Assembly: GCA_021841585.1 (NCBI GenBank)
Contig: JAKBUS010000003.1
Coordinates: 3,664-67,663 of the forward strand
Length of the DNA: 64,000 nt
Direction of reading: 5' to 3'
DNA from: Pseudomonadota bacterium
Lineage (GTDB): Bacteria; Pseudomonadota; Gammaproteobacteria; Acidiferrobacterales; Acidiferrobacteraceae
Shown: one piece after another, positions 16,751 through 28,458 of the stretch
Numbering within the stretch: the first letter of the stretch is position 1
How the letters are laid out: each line of letters starts with the position of its first letter
Notes under the pieces: model-generated
Database searches by the model: none
What the model was told of the DNA's origin: nothing
Seen by the model: the letters and a program-made list of their open reading frames with translations, nothing else
Position numbers and translations under genes: made by a program

Positions 16751-19002
16751 ACCTCCGGTGGGGGCGGCGCGAGTACCTCGCGACTGCCATTTGACTGCAG
16801 CGGACCGACGACGCCGGAACGCTCCATCTGTTCGATAAGCCGCGCGGCGCGGTTATAACCTATGCGCAGCCGCCGCTGCACGCCTGACACCGAGGCGCGC
16901 CGGGTCTCGGTCACGATGCGCAGGGCCTCGTCGTACAGCTCGTCGGCCTCGCCATCTTCGCTCCCGCCCTCGACCGCCCCTTCGCCGGTGTCATCGGCGG
17001 CGAATATACGCTCATCATAGACGGGCGCCCCGGTCTTTTTCAGGGCCGATACCACCGCATGCACCTCGGAGTCGGCCACGAACGCCCCATGGACACGCTG
17101 CGGAAATCCAGTCCCGGCCTGCAGGAACAGCATATCGCCATGACCCAGCAATTGTTCTGCCCCCATCTGATCGAGGACCGTGCGCGAATCGACCTTCGCG
17201 GACACCTGGAAGGCGATACGCGCCGGGATATTGGCCTTGATGAGACCGGTAATGACATCGACCGATGGCCTCTGGGTGGCGAGCACCAGATGGAGTCCCG
17301 CGGCGCGGGCCTTCTGTGCAAGCCGCGCGATCAGCTCCTCGACCTTCTTGCCCACCACCATCATGAGGTCGGCCAACTCGTCTATGACGATCACCACATA
17401 GGGCAGCCGGCCCATCTCGCGCACCTCGCCCTCGGGTGCCTGCGGATCGTTCAGGATCTCCCCGCGCGCATGCGCCTCGTCATAGCGCTTGTTGTAGCCG
17501 GCGAGATTGCGCACCCCGAGGGCGGCCATGGCCCGGTAGCGGCGGTCCATCTCGCCTATGCACCAGCGCAGCGCCTGGGCGGCCTGCTTCATGTCCGTGA
17601 CCACCGGCGCCAAAAGATGCGGCAGGCCGTCATAGACCGCGAGCTCGAGCATCTTGGGATCGATCATTATGAGCCGCACGTCGGCGGGTGTGGCCTTGTA
17701 TACGAAGCTCAATATCAAGGCGTTCAGGCACACGGATTTGCCGGAGCCGGTGGTGCCCGCGATCAAGAGATGGGGCATGCGTGCAAGGTCGGTCACGATC
17801 GGCTGACCGCTGATGTCCTTGCCGAGCGCAAGCGCGAGCGGCGAGGTGATCGCCTCATAAGGGCGCGACGACAGGATCTCGCGCAACCGCACCACTTCGC
17901 GGCGCTCATTGGGGACCTCGATGCCGATATAGGTCTTGCCCGGGATGTTCTCGACCACGCGCACGCTCACCACCGACAGGGCGCGCGCCAGATCGCGTTG
18001 GAGTCCCGTGATCTGGCTGGCCTTGATGCCGGGGGCGGGCTCGATCTCGAAACGCGTAATGACCGGACCCGGATGCACGGCCTCGACCTTGACCACGATA
18101 TGGAAATCGAGCAGCTTTTTCTCCAGCAGGCGCGACATCGCATGCAGCGACTCCTCGGAGAAGCTCGCCTTCTCGCCCGATGGCAGATCAAGCAGCGAGA
18201 GCGCCGGGAGACCCGGGTCGGCGGACTCGAGGAAGGTCGTTTGACGACCGCGGGCGGCGCGCACGCCCTCGATTGGCTCCACGGCCGGTTCGATGCGCGG
18301 GGGCACCGGCCGCCTCAAGGCCTTGCGCCCCTTCTCTACGGTCTCCTCGCGCTCCTGGCGCGCCTGCCTGCCACGCCAGCGATCAGCAAGGGTCCCGAGC
18401 CGCACCGTAAGGCCCGACACCGCGTCAAACGCCATGTCACCCAGGTAATCCATGACCCCGAGCCACGAAAGCCCGGTGGCCAGCGTGAAGCCCGCCAGGA
18501 ACACGGCGAGCAGAAACAAGGTCGCCCCGAGCGGATCTATAATCCGCGAGAGCGCGCTCGAGGCGAGCCCCCCGAGCAGCCCGCCGGCCTGGAACGGCAA
18601 GGACACCGGTCCCCGAAAGTCGAGGCTCGCAAGACCGCAGGCGCCCACGAAGGCGAGTGCCACACCGAGGGCCGCCACCTTGGGCGAATGCCCGGGGGCC
18701 GCCACGCGCGGCCGCAACAGGCGCACCCCGCCCCACGCGACCAGAAGCGGGATCACATAAGCCGGCACGCCGAGCACGGCCAGCAGGCCGTCGGACAACC
18801 ATGCCCCGGCAAGCCCGCCGGCGTTACGCACGACCCCATTCCCACTATGCGACCAGCTCGGGTCGCCGGGATGAAAAGTCGCGAGCGTCACCGCCAAGTA
18901 CAAGGCCACCGCCAGGACCACGAACAACAACGCCTCGCGCACGAGGCGCGAGGCCGCGGGCGCCAGTGCCGCGCGCTCGCGCTTAAACCGCGCCTGACCC
19001 AT
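16747..19002 (-). CDS. ftsK: DNA translocase FtsK
   Basis: N-terminal TM helices, a linker, the motor domain with Walker A LIAGTTGSGKSVCLNALI, and the C-terminal gamma winged helix (SVSGVQRRLRIGYNRAARLIEQME). Confidence 0.95.
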   Translation of the reverse strand: MGQARFKRERAALAPAASRLVREALLFVVLAVALYLAVTLATFHPGDPSWSHSGNGVVRNAGGLAGAWLSDGLLAVLGVPAYVIPLLVAWGGVRLLRPRVAAPGHSPKVAALGVALAFVGACGLASLDFRGPVSLPFQAGGLLGGLASSALSRIIDPLGATLFLLAVFLAGFTLATGLSWLGVMDYLGDMAFDAVSGLTVRLGTLADRWRGRQARQEREETVEKGRKALRRPVPPRIEPAVEPIEGVRAARGRQTTFLESADPGLPALSLLDLPSGEKASFSEESLHAMSRLLEKKLLDFHIVVKVEAVHPGPVITRFEIEPAPGIKASQITGLQRDLARALSVVSVRVVENIPGKTYIGIEVPNERREVVRLREILSSRPYEAITSPLALALGKDISGQPIVTDLARMPHLLIAGTTGSGKSVCLNALILSFVYKATPADVRLIMIDPKMLELAVYDGLPHLLAPVVTDMKQAAQALRWCIGEMDRRYRAMAALGVRNLAGYNKRYDEAHARGEILNDPQAPEGEVREMGRLPYVVIVIDELADLMMVVGKKVEELIARLAQKARAAGLHLVLATQRPSVDVITGLIKANIPARIAFQVSAKVDSRTVLDQMGAEQLLGHGDMLFLQAGTGFPQRVHGAFVADSEVHAVVSALKKTGAPVYDERIFAADDTGEGAVEGGSEDGEADELYDEALRIVTETRRASVSGVQRRLRIGYNRAARLIEQMERSGVVGPLQSNGSREVLAPPPPEV

Positions 19003-19044
19003 GACCGCCGCCCCCGCGCGCCTGGCGGATCCCGCTGCGCCGCC

Positions 19045-20109
19045 TCATGACATCATGGCGGCCGCCACCGCTTCGTGGGTGATGCGCCCCCCACGCACAT
19101 TGACTCCGCCGGCAAGCCGCGGATCATCGGCGCCGTGGGCGGCGAGGACCTGCACATAGGGCAGGAGCACCGCCGACAGCGCCTGCGAGGCCGTGCGCGG
19201 CACGGCCCCTGGCATATTGGTCACCCCGAAATGGACGACACCCTCCTCGATATAGGTCGGTGCCCCATAGTCGGTGGCGTGCATGGTCTCCACACATCCT
19301 CCTTGATCGATGGCAATATCGACGATCACCGCGCCGCGACGCATGGTGCGCACCATGGGCCGGGTCACGACATGCGGGGCCCGCGCCCCGGCCACGAGCA
19401 CCGCGCCAATTAAAAGATCGGCCTCGCGCACCGCCGCCGCCACGGTCTCTTCATAGGCCGGCAGGGCCGTGACGTTGGCGCCGACCGCCATCATGGCGCT
19501 CTGACGGGCGCGCAACTTGTCAAATACCGTGACGTGCGCGCCGAGCGCGGCCGCGACGCGTACGGCATTTCCCCCCGCCTCGCCCGCGCCGATGACGACC
19601 ACATGCCCACGCTCGGTGCCCGGCAGGCCGCCGAGAAGGATGCCGCGACCGCCGCTGCGGGCCTGTAGGAGCTGCGCGCCGATCTGTACGGCGAGCCGGC
19701 CGGCGATGTCGCTCATGGGCGCAAGCAAGGGAAGCAGGCCGTCCTGGACCACGGTCTCGAAGGCCACGGCCACGAGCCCTATCCTCTGCAAGGCCTCGGT
19801 GAGCGGACGATTCGCCGCCAGATGCAAATAGGAAAACAGCACGTGGTCGGCGCGCAGCCGCCCCCACTCCTCGCCGACGGGCTCCTTGACCTTGACGATG
19901 AGCTGCGCTGCGCGAAACACCGCGGACGCATCCGCGACGATGTGGGCGCCGTGCGCGGCATACTCCTCGTCTTGAAAGCCGCTACCGTGGCCGGCCCCAG
20001 TCTCCAGGAAGACCTCATGACCATCCTGGACCAGCGCCGCCACCGCATGTGGCACCAAGGCGACCCGCGCCTCCCATGGCTTCACTTCCCGCGGCACCCC
20101 TATTCGCAT
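19045..20109 (-). CDS. ald: Alanine dehydrogenase
   Basis: MRIGVPREVKPWEARVALVP, LLAPMSDIAGRLAVQ, the Rossmann motif VVVIGAGEAGGNA and VTNMPGAVPRTAS are present. Confidence 0.8.
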   Translation of the reverse strand: MRIGVPREVKPWEARVALVPHAVAALVQDGHEVFLETGAGHGSGFQDEEYAAHGAHIVADASAVFRAAQLIVKVKEPVGEEWGRLRADHVLFSYLHLAANRPLTEALQRIGLVAVAFETVVQDGLLPLLAPMSDIAGRLAVQIGAQLLQARSGGRGILLGGLPGTERGHVVVIGAGEAGGNAVRVAAALGAHVTVFDKLRARQSAMMAVGANVTALPAYEETVAAAVREADLLIGAVLVAGARAPHVVTRPMVRTMRRGAVIVDIAIDQGGCVETMHATDYGAPTYIEEGVVHFGVTNMPGAVPRTASQALSAVLLPYVQVLAAHGADDPRLAGGVNVRGGRITHEAVAAAMMS

Positions 20110-20146
20110 CGCATCCTCCGATCCCTGCCAGTCTAACGGGCTTTAG

Positions 20147-21724
<1,578 letters not shown>

Positions 21725-21728
<4 letters not shown>

Positions 21729-22207
21729 GGCTTGCGGGGCCCATCCAAGAGCACGATGGCGTGCGCGCTCATGCCCTCCGCGCGGCCGGTGTAACCCATA
21801 CCCTCGGTGGTCGTCGCCTTGACATTGACGCAATCGACGGCCACGTCGAGATCGGCCGCCAGGTGCTCGGCCATGCGCCCCACGAATGGCGCCAGACGCG
21901 GGGCCTCGGCCACTATGGTGGCATCCATGTTGACCACGAAGAGTCCCCGCTCCTTGATCATTGCGATCACCGTACGCAACAGCATGCGGCTGTCGCAATC
22001 CCGATAGCGGGGATCCTTGGCCGGGAAATGTCGCCCGAGGTCGCCGAGCGCGGCGGCCCCGAGACAGGCGCTCGTCACCGCGTGGGTCAGCACGTCGGCA
22101 TCGGAATGACCCGCGAGCCCGCGCGCATGCGCGATGGTCACCCCTCCCAAAATCAGCGGCCGTCCCTCGACCAAACCGTGCGCATCGAACCCCTGCCCTA
22201 TCCGCAT
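21725..22207 (-). CDS. ispF: 2-C-methyl-D-erythritol 2,4-cyclodiphosphate synthase
   Basis: The canonical N-terminus MRIGQGFDAHGL plus HSDADVLTHA. The upstream 56 codons of the 216-aa ORF overlap ispD and are R/S/W-rich non-coding-like sequence. Confidence 0.9.
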
Positions 22208-22214
22208 ATCGCCG

Positions 22215-22931
22215 TCACTTTCCTTCTTGTTGGGATGTCTGCCACGCCAGATAGATCTCCGCCAGGACCAGATCCTCGGGCGTCGTGATCTTGATGTTGT
22301 CCTGATGACCGGCCACGAGCCGCGGCCGGCCACCCATGCGCTCGATGGCGCCCGCCTCGTCGGTGACGAGCTCATGCGATGCCACGGCGCTCGCCAGCGC
22401 CGCCTTCAGCCTGCCGAAACGAAACACCTGCGGTGTCTGGGCGAGCCACAGATCACGGCGATCGATGGTCGCCATGATCTCTGCCTGGGCCCCGCCGCGC
22501 TTGACGGTATCGGCCACCGGACGTGCGAGCAACGCGCCGTCGGGGGCATCGAGCGCCGCCTCGTGAAGGCGCCGCAGATCGCTGCTCCGCACGCACGGAC
22601 GCGCCGCGTCATGGACGAACACGAGATCATCATCCGCCGCCTGATCGCTCAGGGCGGCGAGCCCATTTAACACCGTGAGGGCGCGCTCGGCGCCCCCCGT
22701 GAAGGTCACGAGCGGGGTGTTAAGAGACACGCGCAGCTCCGGCCAGTAGGGGTCCTCGGCCGCCAGACCCACGGCCATGGCGCGCGCGCCGAGATCGTCG
22801 AGGCGACGCAGGGTATGCGCCAGCACAGGCGCGCCCGCAAGCGGGAGATACTGCTTAGGCTGGGGAGATCCGAACCTGAGCCCGCGGCCGGCCGCCGGCA
22901 CGATCACGAAGACGCGCGGAGACAAGCTCAC
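22215..22931 (-). CDS. ispD: 2-C-methyl-D-erythritol 4-phosphate cytidylyltransferase
   Basis: VIVPAAGRGLRFG ... PKQYLPLAG ... VHDAARPCV are present, in the conserved ispD-ispF order. Confidence 0.9.
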   Translation of the reverse strand: MSLSPRVFVIVPAAGRGLRFGSPQPKQYLPLAGAPVLAHTLRRLDDLGARAMAVGLAAEDPYWPELRVSLNTPLVTFTGGAERALTVLNGLAALSDQAADDDLVFVHDAARPCVRSSDLRRLHEAALDAPDGALLARPVADTVKRGGAQAEIMATIDRRDLWLAQTPQVFRFGRLKAALASAVASHELVTDEAGAIERMGGRPRLVAGHQDNIKITTPEDLVLAEIYLAWQTSQQEGK

Positions 22932-23437
22932 ACGCCCTCGGACCCCGCGCCGATGGAAGAGCGAATGATGTCGCGGGCGGCCTCGACCGTCACGCCCTGC
23001 ACCGCCGCCAGCTCGCGCGCCAGATATCCGTCAGCCATCTCCAAAAGGCGCGCCTCTTCGAATGACAACCCGGGTCCGGCCTTCAGGCGCATGAGGTCAC
23101 GCACCGCCGAGCCCACCTGCAGAACGCCGCCGGACTGGATGCGGCGCTCGAGATCCTTGTAATGCTCGGCCCAATGTCCCGACGGGCGGGCACTGCTCTT
23201 GTCGGCAAGGACCTCCAGCAGATCCTTCACATCCTTGCCGCGCAACAATGGACGCAGGCCGTTACTGATGGCCTTGGTCTTGGGTACCTTGATGGTGACG
23301 CGATTCTCGGGGATACGGATGACGTAACAGAGTTCGTGCTCGACCCCGAAGACCACCTCCTCCATGGCCTCTATGACCCCGACGCCCGCAGAGGGGTAGA
23401 AAACATCCTGCCCAACCTCGAACTCGCGCTCCTTCAT
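22928..23437 (-). CDS. carD: CarD/CdnL-family RNA-polymerase-binding transcription factor
   Basis: N-terminal Tudor-like module FEVGQDVFYPSAGVGVIEAMEEVVFGVEHELCYVIRIPENRVTIKVP, homologous to the Mfd RNAP-interaction domain. 4-nt overlap with ispD. Confidence 0.8.
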   Translation of the reverse strand: MKEREFEVGQDVFYPSAGVGVIEAMEEVVFGVEHELCYVIRIPENRVTIKVPKTKAISNGLRPLLRGKDVKDLLEVLADKSSARPSGHWAEHYKDLERRIQSGGVLQVGSAVRDLMRLKAGPGLSFEEARLLEMADGYLARELAAVQGVTVEAARDIIRSSIGAGSEGV

Positions 23438-23852
23438 GAGGATTTGCCCGCGCGCATCATGGCCATCGCCCCTGGGCGATGCGCGCGGCGCCGGCCCCCG
23501 ACGGCGTGGATGTCATATCTCGTCACCGCCGCCTCTCCGTCAGCCGGGCCCATGAAAAACGCGCATTCCATCACTGTCTTGACCATAGTTCCCTCGATGG
23601 CCGCCGATCGGCGATGATCGCTCACTGGCAAGGGCTTTATTATGCCCTGAACCGCGGCCACACGACAACGCGACCACCGGCGCCCATGCCCGCACCGTCC
23701 ATCCCTGGCAAAGCCCCTGCGCGCATGCGGGCTTGCAAAGGGCGTGGGCCGCACGCGAAGGCGCATTCGTGCGGCGAGCGCAAGGCCTGCGCGCCCGCTA
23801 AACGGCCACGCCCTCCTCACGGTGCCGCACTTTGGATTACAATGCCGGCCCT

Positions 23853-26800
23853 ATGCCGATGTCCGTCCCCGAGCCGCACACGATTTATTCCCCGCTGAAC
23901 CCGCCGGCGCCCTCCGGATCCGAGCACTGGGTGGGGCTCCATGCCAGCGCCCGAGGGTTGGCGCTGTCGCGCGCCGCCGAGGCCGGGCGCCTCCTGATCG
24001 TCATCACGCAGGACGTGCGTTCACGCGAGCGACTGGAAGACGAGATTGCCTTCTACCGCGATCCGAACGGGCCGCCGATCCTCACCTTCCCGGACTGGGA
24101 GTGTCTGCCCTATGACCGCTTTTCGCCCCATCCGGACATCCTGTCCGAGCGCCTAGCGACACTTGCCACCCTGCCGCACCTAAGCCATGGCCTAGTGCTC
24201 ACGGCGGCCTCCACGCTCATGCACTACCTGCCGCCGGCCTCGCACCTGCTCGGCCACAGCTTTCTCCTGCAAGTCGGCGACAGGCTCGATATCGAACGCT
24301 TTCGCGAGCGCCTCGTGCAGGCCGCCTATAACGCCGTGGGCCAGGTCATGGAGGCCGGTGAATTCGCCATCCGCGGCGGACTCATCGACCTCTTCCCCAT
24401 GGGCGCCGGCCGCGCCTATCGGATCGATCTCTTTGACGACGTGGTGGAATCGATTCGCACCTTCGATCCCGAGACCCAGCGCTCACAGGAGACCTTACGC
24501 GAAATACGCGTGTTGCCGGCGCGCGAACACCCGCTCACGACGGATGCCATTCAGACCTTCCGGTCGAATTACCGGGCGGCATTCGCCGGCGACCCACGCG
24601 CAAGCCTCATATACCGCGAAGTCAGCGAAGGCCGCAGTCCGGCGGGTATCGAATATTATCTGCCGCTCTTTTTTTCCGAGGTCGCGACCTTCGTCGACTA
24701 TCTGCCGGCGCATGCGACGCTCGTGTTCATGGAAGGGGCGCGCGCGCAGACTGAACACTTCGAAAAGGAGACGGCGGAACGCTATGAGGCCTCCCGCGGA
24801 CACATCGAGCGGCCGGTGCTTCCGCCCGACCGGCTGTTTCTGACGGCCACCAGCCTCAAGGATCGCCTGGGACGGTTTCCCGAGATCTCGCTTGACACCG
24901 AAGGGACCGGCACCGTCCGGCGTTTTGCGACCCACGAACCGCCGGCCCTGCCGCAAGATATCCACGCCCCTCAACCCTATGCGGCATTGTTTGGGGCGCT
25001 CGCGCCCGGCACGCGCCGGACGCTCATCGTCGCCGAGGCGGCGGGCCGGCGCGAGGCCTTGCGCGAGGCGCTCACCGCCCACGGCCACCGTCCGCAGGGC
25101 TTCGATTCATGGCATGCCTTTGTCCTGGACAAGGCGCCGCTCGGCCTCATGTCCGCGCCCCTTGACCGCGGCCTCGAGCTCGACGAACCGGCGCTCAGCG
25201 TCATCGTCGAATCGCAACTCTACGGCGAGCGCGCGCAGCAGAGACGCCGGCGCGTAAAGATCCGCGATCAGCAAGCGCTCATAAAAGGGCTTGGCGAACT
25301 GCGCGCCGGGGATGCGGTGGTGCATGAGGATCATGGCGTGGGCCGCTACCTTGGGCTCGTGCGGCTTACGGTCTCGGATATCGAAAACGAGTTTCTGGCG
25401 CTCGAATACGCCGGCGGCGACAAGCTCTATGTGCCGGTGACGGACCTCCACCTCCTCGGCCGTTACACCGGAACCGATCCCGAACACGCCCCCCTGCACA
25501 AGCTCGGCAACGAGGCCTGGGACAAGGCCAAGCGCCGCGCCGAGGAAAAGGCGCGCGATGCCGCAGCCGAGCTCCTGGAGATCTACGCCCGCCGCGCCGC
25601 GCGGCCGGGGCATGCGTTTGCCGCGCGCGGCTTTGAGTACGCGCGGTTCGCGGACGCCTTTCCATTCGAGGAGACCCCAGACCAGACGCGCGTCATAGCC
25701 GAGGTCTTGAGCGATATGGAAAGCCCGCGGCCCATGGATCGCCTGGTGTGCGGGGACGTCGGCTTTGGCAAGACCGAGGTGGCCATGCGCGCGGCGTTTC
25801 TTGCGGTCCAGGACCATAAGCAGGTCGCGGTCCTCGTGCCGACCACGCTGCTTGCCCAGCAACATTACCAGAACTTTCGCGACCGCTTCGCCGATCTCCC
25901 CGTGGAGATCGAGCTTTTGTCGCGATTTCGCACGCATCAGGAGATTAACGAGGCCCTGCGCCGCCTGGAGAACGGCCGCGTCGATATCGTCATAGGGACG
26001 CACAGGCTTTTGCAAGAAGACGTGCGCTTCCAGGCGCTCGGACTTGTCATCGTCGACGAGGAACATCGCTTCGGGGTGCGGCAGAAGGAACGCATGAAGG
26101 CACTACGGGCCCACGTCGACATTTTGACACTGACCGCGACCCCGTTGCCGCGCACCTTGAACATGGCGCTCGCCGGCATACGCGACGTATCCTTGATCGG
26201 CACGCCGCCCCAGGACCGGCTGTCGATCAAGACCTTCGTGACCCCGTGGGATACGGCGCTGATCCGCGAGGCGTGCCTGCGCGAGGTACGCCGTGGCGGT
26301 CAGGTCTACTTCCTGCACAACGACGTGCGTTCTATGGCGCGGCGCGAGCATGAACTCAAGACCTTGCTGCCGGAAACGGACATTCGCACCGCCCATGGGC
26401 AGATGCCGGAGCGCGAACTCGAGCGCGTCATGCTCGATTTCTATCATCAGCGTTTTCACATCCTGCTGTGTAGCACCATCATAGAGACCGGCATCGACGT
26501 CCCGACCGCCAACACCATCATCATCGAAAGGGCTGACCGCTTCGGTCTTGCCCAGCTCCACCAGCTGCGCGGGCGCGTCGGCCGTTCACGCCATCGTGCC
26601 TACGCCTATCTTTTGACCCCCGACCCCGGCGCGCTTACCGCCGACGCCCGCAAGCGCCTCGATGCGATCGCCTCCCTGGAAGACCTCGGGGTGGGCTTCG
26701 CGCTCGCCTCGCACGATCTCGAGATCCGCGGGGCCGGAGAGCTTCTCGGGGAATCGCAGAGCGGCCAGATCAACGAAGTGGGCTTTAGCCTCTATAGTGA

Positions 26801-27362
26801 ACTTTTGGAGCGCGCGGTCGCAACCCTGAAGGCCGGACGCGAGGGACTCGGCGACTCCGCGCTGTTCACGCGCCCGACCGACATCGAGCTGCACGTGCCG
26901 GCCCTGCTCCCCGAGGACTATTGCCCCGACCCGCACCAGCGGCTCGTGTTCTACAAGCGCATTACGAGCGCCGCATCCGAAGAGGAGCTAGACGATCTGG
27001 TAGGCGAGCTAACCGACCGTTTCGGGACACTCCCTAAGGCCGCCACGCGCCTCTTTCGCCTCGCGCGCCTAAGGCGACTCGCCCGGCCGCTTGGCATCGT
27101 TCGCATCGATGCCGGCCCCAAGGGCGCGCGACTCCAGTTCACGCCGAACCCGGCCCTCGACCCGGCAGAGCTCATCGCGCTCATGCAATCGGCGCCCCGG
27201 CAGTACCGCCTGGACGGACCCAACGGCCTGCGCATCCAGGCCGAATGGACCGACCCGGACGTCCGCATCGACGGCATCATGGCGCTCATCACGCGTCTCG
27301 GGTCCGGGGCCCAACCCACGAAAACCCCGGCGCGGACCTTACCGCGCTCCGGTGCGCGCTAA
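23853..27362 (+). CDS. mfd: Transcription-repair coupling factor Mfd
   Basis: About 1170 aa. It has the CarD-like RID (GDAVVHEDHGVGRYLGL), helicase motifs GDVGFGKTEVAMRAAF and DEEHRFGV, and the TRG/C-terminal domain. The ORF track begins at TTG 23832; the first ATG is at 23853. Confidence 0.95.
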   Translation: MPMSVPEPHTIYSPLNPPAPSGSEHWVGLHASARGLALSRAAEAGRLLIVITQDVRSRERLEDEIAFYRDPNGPPILTFPDWECLPYDRFSPHPDILSERLATLATLPHLSHGLVLTAASTLMHYLPPASHLLGHSFLLQVGDRLDIERFRERLVQAAYNAVGQVMEAGEFAIRGGLIDLFPMGAGRAYRIDLFDDVVESIRTFDPETQRSQETLREIRVLPAREHPLTTDAIQTFRSNYRAAFAGDPRASLIYREVSEGRSPAGIEYYLPLFFSEVATFVDYLPAHATLVFMEGARAQTEHFEKETAERYEASRGHIERPVLPPDRLFLTATSLKDRLGRFPEISLDTEGTGTVRRFATHEPPALPQDIHAPQPYAALFGALAPGTRRTLIVAEAAGRREALREALTAHGHRPQGFDSWHAFVLDKAPLGLMSAPLDRGLELDEPALSVIVESQLYGERAQQRRRRVKIRDQQALIKGLGELRAGDAVVHEDHGVGRYLGLVRLTVSDIENEFLALEYAGGDKLYVPVTDLHLLGRYTGTDPEHAPLHKLGNEAWDKAKRRAEEKARDAAAELLEIYARRAARPGHAFAARGFEYARFADAFPFEETPDQTRVIAEVLSDMESPRPMDRLVCGDVGFGKTEVAMRAAFLAVQDHKQVAVLVPTTLLAQQHYQNFRDRFADLPVEIELLSRFRTHQEINEALRRLENGRVDIVIGTHRLLQEDVRFQALGLVIVDEEHRFGVRQKERMKALRAHVDILTLTATPLPRTLNMALAGIRDVSLIGTPPQDRLSIKTFVTPWDTALIREACLREVRRGGQVYFLHNDVRSMARREHELKTLLPETDIRTAHGQMPERELERVMLDFYHQRFHILLCSTIIETGIDVPTANTIIIERADRFGLAQLHQLRGRVGRSRHRAYAYLLTPDPGALTADARKRLDAIASLEDLGVGFALASHDLEIRGAGELLGESQSGQINEVGFSLYSELLERAVATLKAGREGLGDSALFTRPTDIELHVPALLPEDYCPDPHQRLVFYKRITSAASEEELDDLVGELTDRFGTLPKAATRLFRLARLRRLARPLGIVRIDAGPKGARLQFTPNPALDPAELIALMQSAPRQYRLDGPNGLRIQAEWTDPDVRIDGIMALITRLGSGAQPTKTPARTLPRSGAR

Positions 27363-27905
27363 CCCCTGTCGCGCCAAGCCAAGAAACACAACGCTTGCCA
27401 GCATCGGCTGGGGATGAGCGTCCCCGATGCGCGCACCCGTCACCTCAAATTCTCCGCCCAGGCATAAGAAAAGTTCCGAGGGCACCGCGTCCCACGGACC
27501 CGGCAAGACGCGGCTATAATTCCGTCATCGCCATCGGGCGCTTCTTTGATCTGCTCGATATCGAGACGGACGTGGAGTGGTCCGCGCTGAACAATCGATC
27601 GCGGACGGAAAACAGCCTACGAGCGGCGCCATAGGGATCAATGGGTATTGAATTTATAGCGCCTCGCGGGTGCCGGGTGGTTTTTGGTCGAACCGCGCAC
27701 ACCACGGGACACCCACGAGCGATGCCAGGCACCCTAGCACGTGTCCGGGCCCCGGTGTCGCGCCATGAGGCCATCGCGAGATCGCGTACGGCCCCTGCTT
27801 TTCGTGAGTTCGATAGCCATGTTCAGCTACTCCCTGCCCCTTCCGGCGCTCCTCGTCGCGCATCACCGTCCGCTGTCGGGGCTCACGCTTTTGGCATGGG
27901 GGTGA

Positions 27906-28391
27906 TGGGGGCGCTTTTTTTCAGGTCGCCAAGACTTTGCACATAAGTTGGTACACTACCTGCTGGAAGACCTGAAACTGCGGCACATGACGGTATCCGC
28001 AACGGGAACCGTCGAAAGTCCTGGACGCAACGTCTCGCAAAAATCGCAATTGAACAAATCCATCCTCGATCAGGGATCGGGCATGCTCAAACACATGCTC
28101 TGTTATAAGCTCCAATGGTCCGGTGGCATGCTGCTCCTGGTGGACCCGGCCACCATCTCGCAAATCTGTCCGGTTGGCAAAGTGGTGGATGCCAAGAATC
28201 GCAAGACGCAAGTTGTGTTTCTCTGTCAGCACTGCGGTCATGAAGCCCATGCTGACGTGAACGCAGCGCGGAACATCCTCGCAAGAGGATGGCGGTCAAC
28301 GGTGGGGCACGCCGGGGTAGTCCGTTCTCCGCGTAAGCCGGAGAGCTGCCTGAAACCAGAGGGAATCAGGCAATCGAAGTGGCTGAAGTAG
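27906..28391 (+). pseudogene. tnpB: 5'-truncated IS200/IS605-family tnpB (RNA-guided nuclease) remnant; only about the C-terminal 150 codons remain
   Basis: DFAHKLVHYLLEDLKLRHM matches the RuvC-II Glu region. NKSILDQGSGMLKHMLCYKLQWSGGMLLLVDPATISQICPVGKVV ... FLCQHCGHEAHADVNAARNILARG matches the zinc ribbon plus RuvC-III Asp. The frame is closed by a TGA at 27903 and no N-terminal WED/REC/RuvC-I sequence lies upstream. The first zinc-ribbon CxxC is degraded to CPVG. Confidence 0.75.
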
Positions 28392-28414
28392 GCCTGCTGT
28401 TGGCAGAAAGGGAT

Positions 28415-28458
28415 CCTTAGTCCTTCCCGATCTTGAGATCGGCAGCCGTAGGCTAAGG
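28415..28458 (+). other. Nested stem-loop immediately 3' of the tnpB remnant (candidate IS right-end / omega-RNA scaffold relic)
   Basis: CCTTAG (28415-28420) pairs with CTAAGG (28453-28458). These enclose the inner hairpin CCGATC-TTGA-GATCGG. Confidence 0.35.

Noticed and set aside
17059-19050. 663-aa plus-strand ORF, one of the longest in the window
   Set aside because: It is entirely antisense to ftsK, which has unmistakable motifs. Its translation is dominated by R/H/G/A/P/Q runs with no recognisable domain. This is the typical out-of-frame open reading of high-GC DNA.
27514-27946. ORFs 27514..27774(-), 27641..27946(+) and 27654..27866(-) inside the AT-richer island
   Set aside because: They overlap one another, are R/P/A-rich, have no motifs and show no similarity to TnpA or TnpB N-terminal regions. 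They are treated as non-coding relic DNA.
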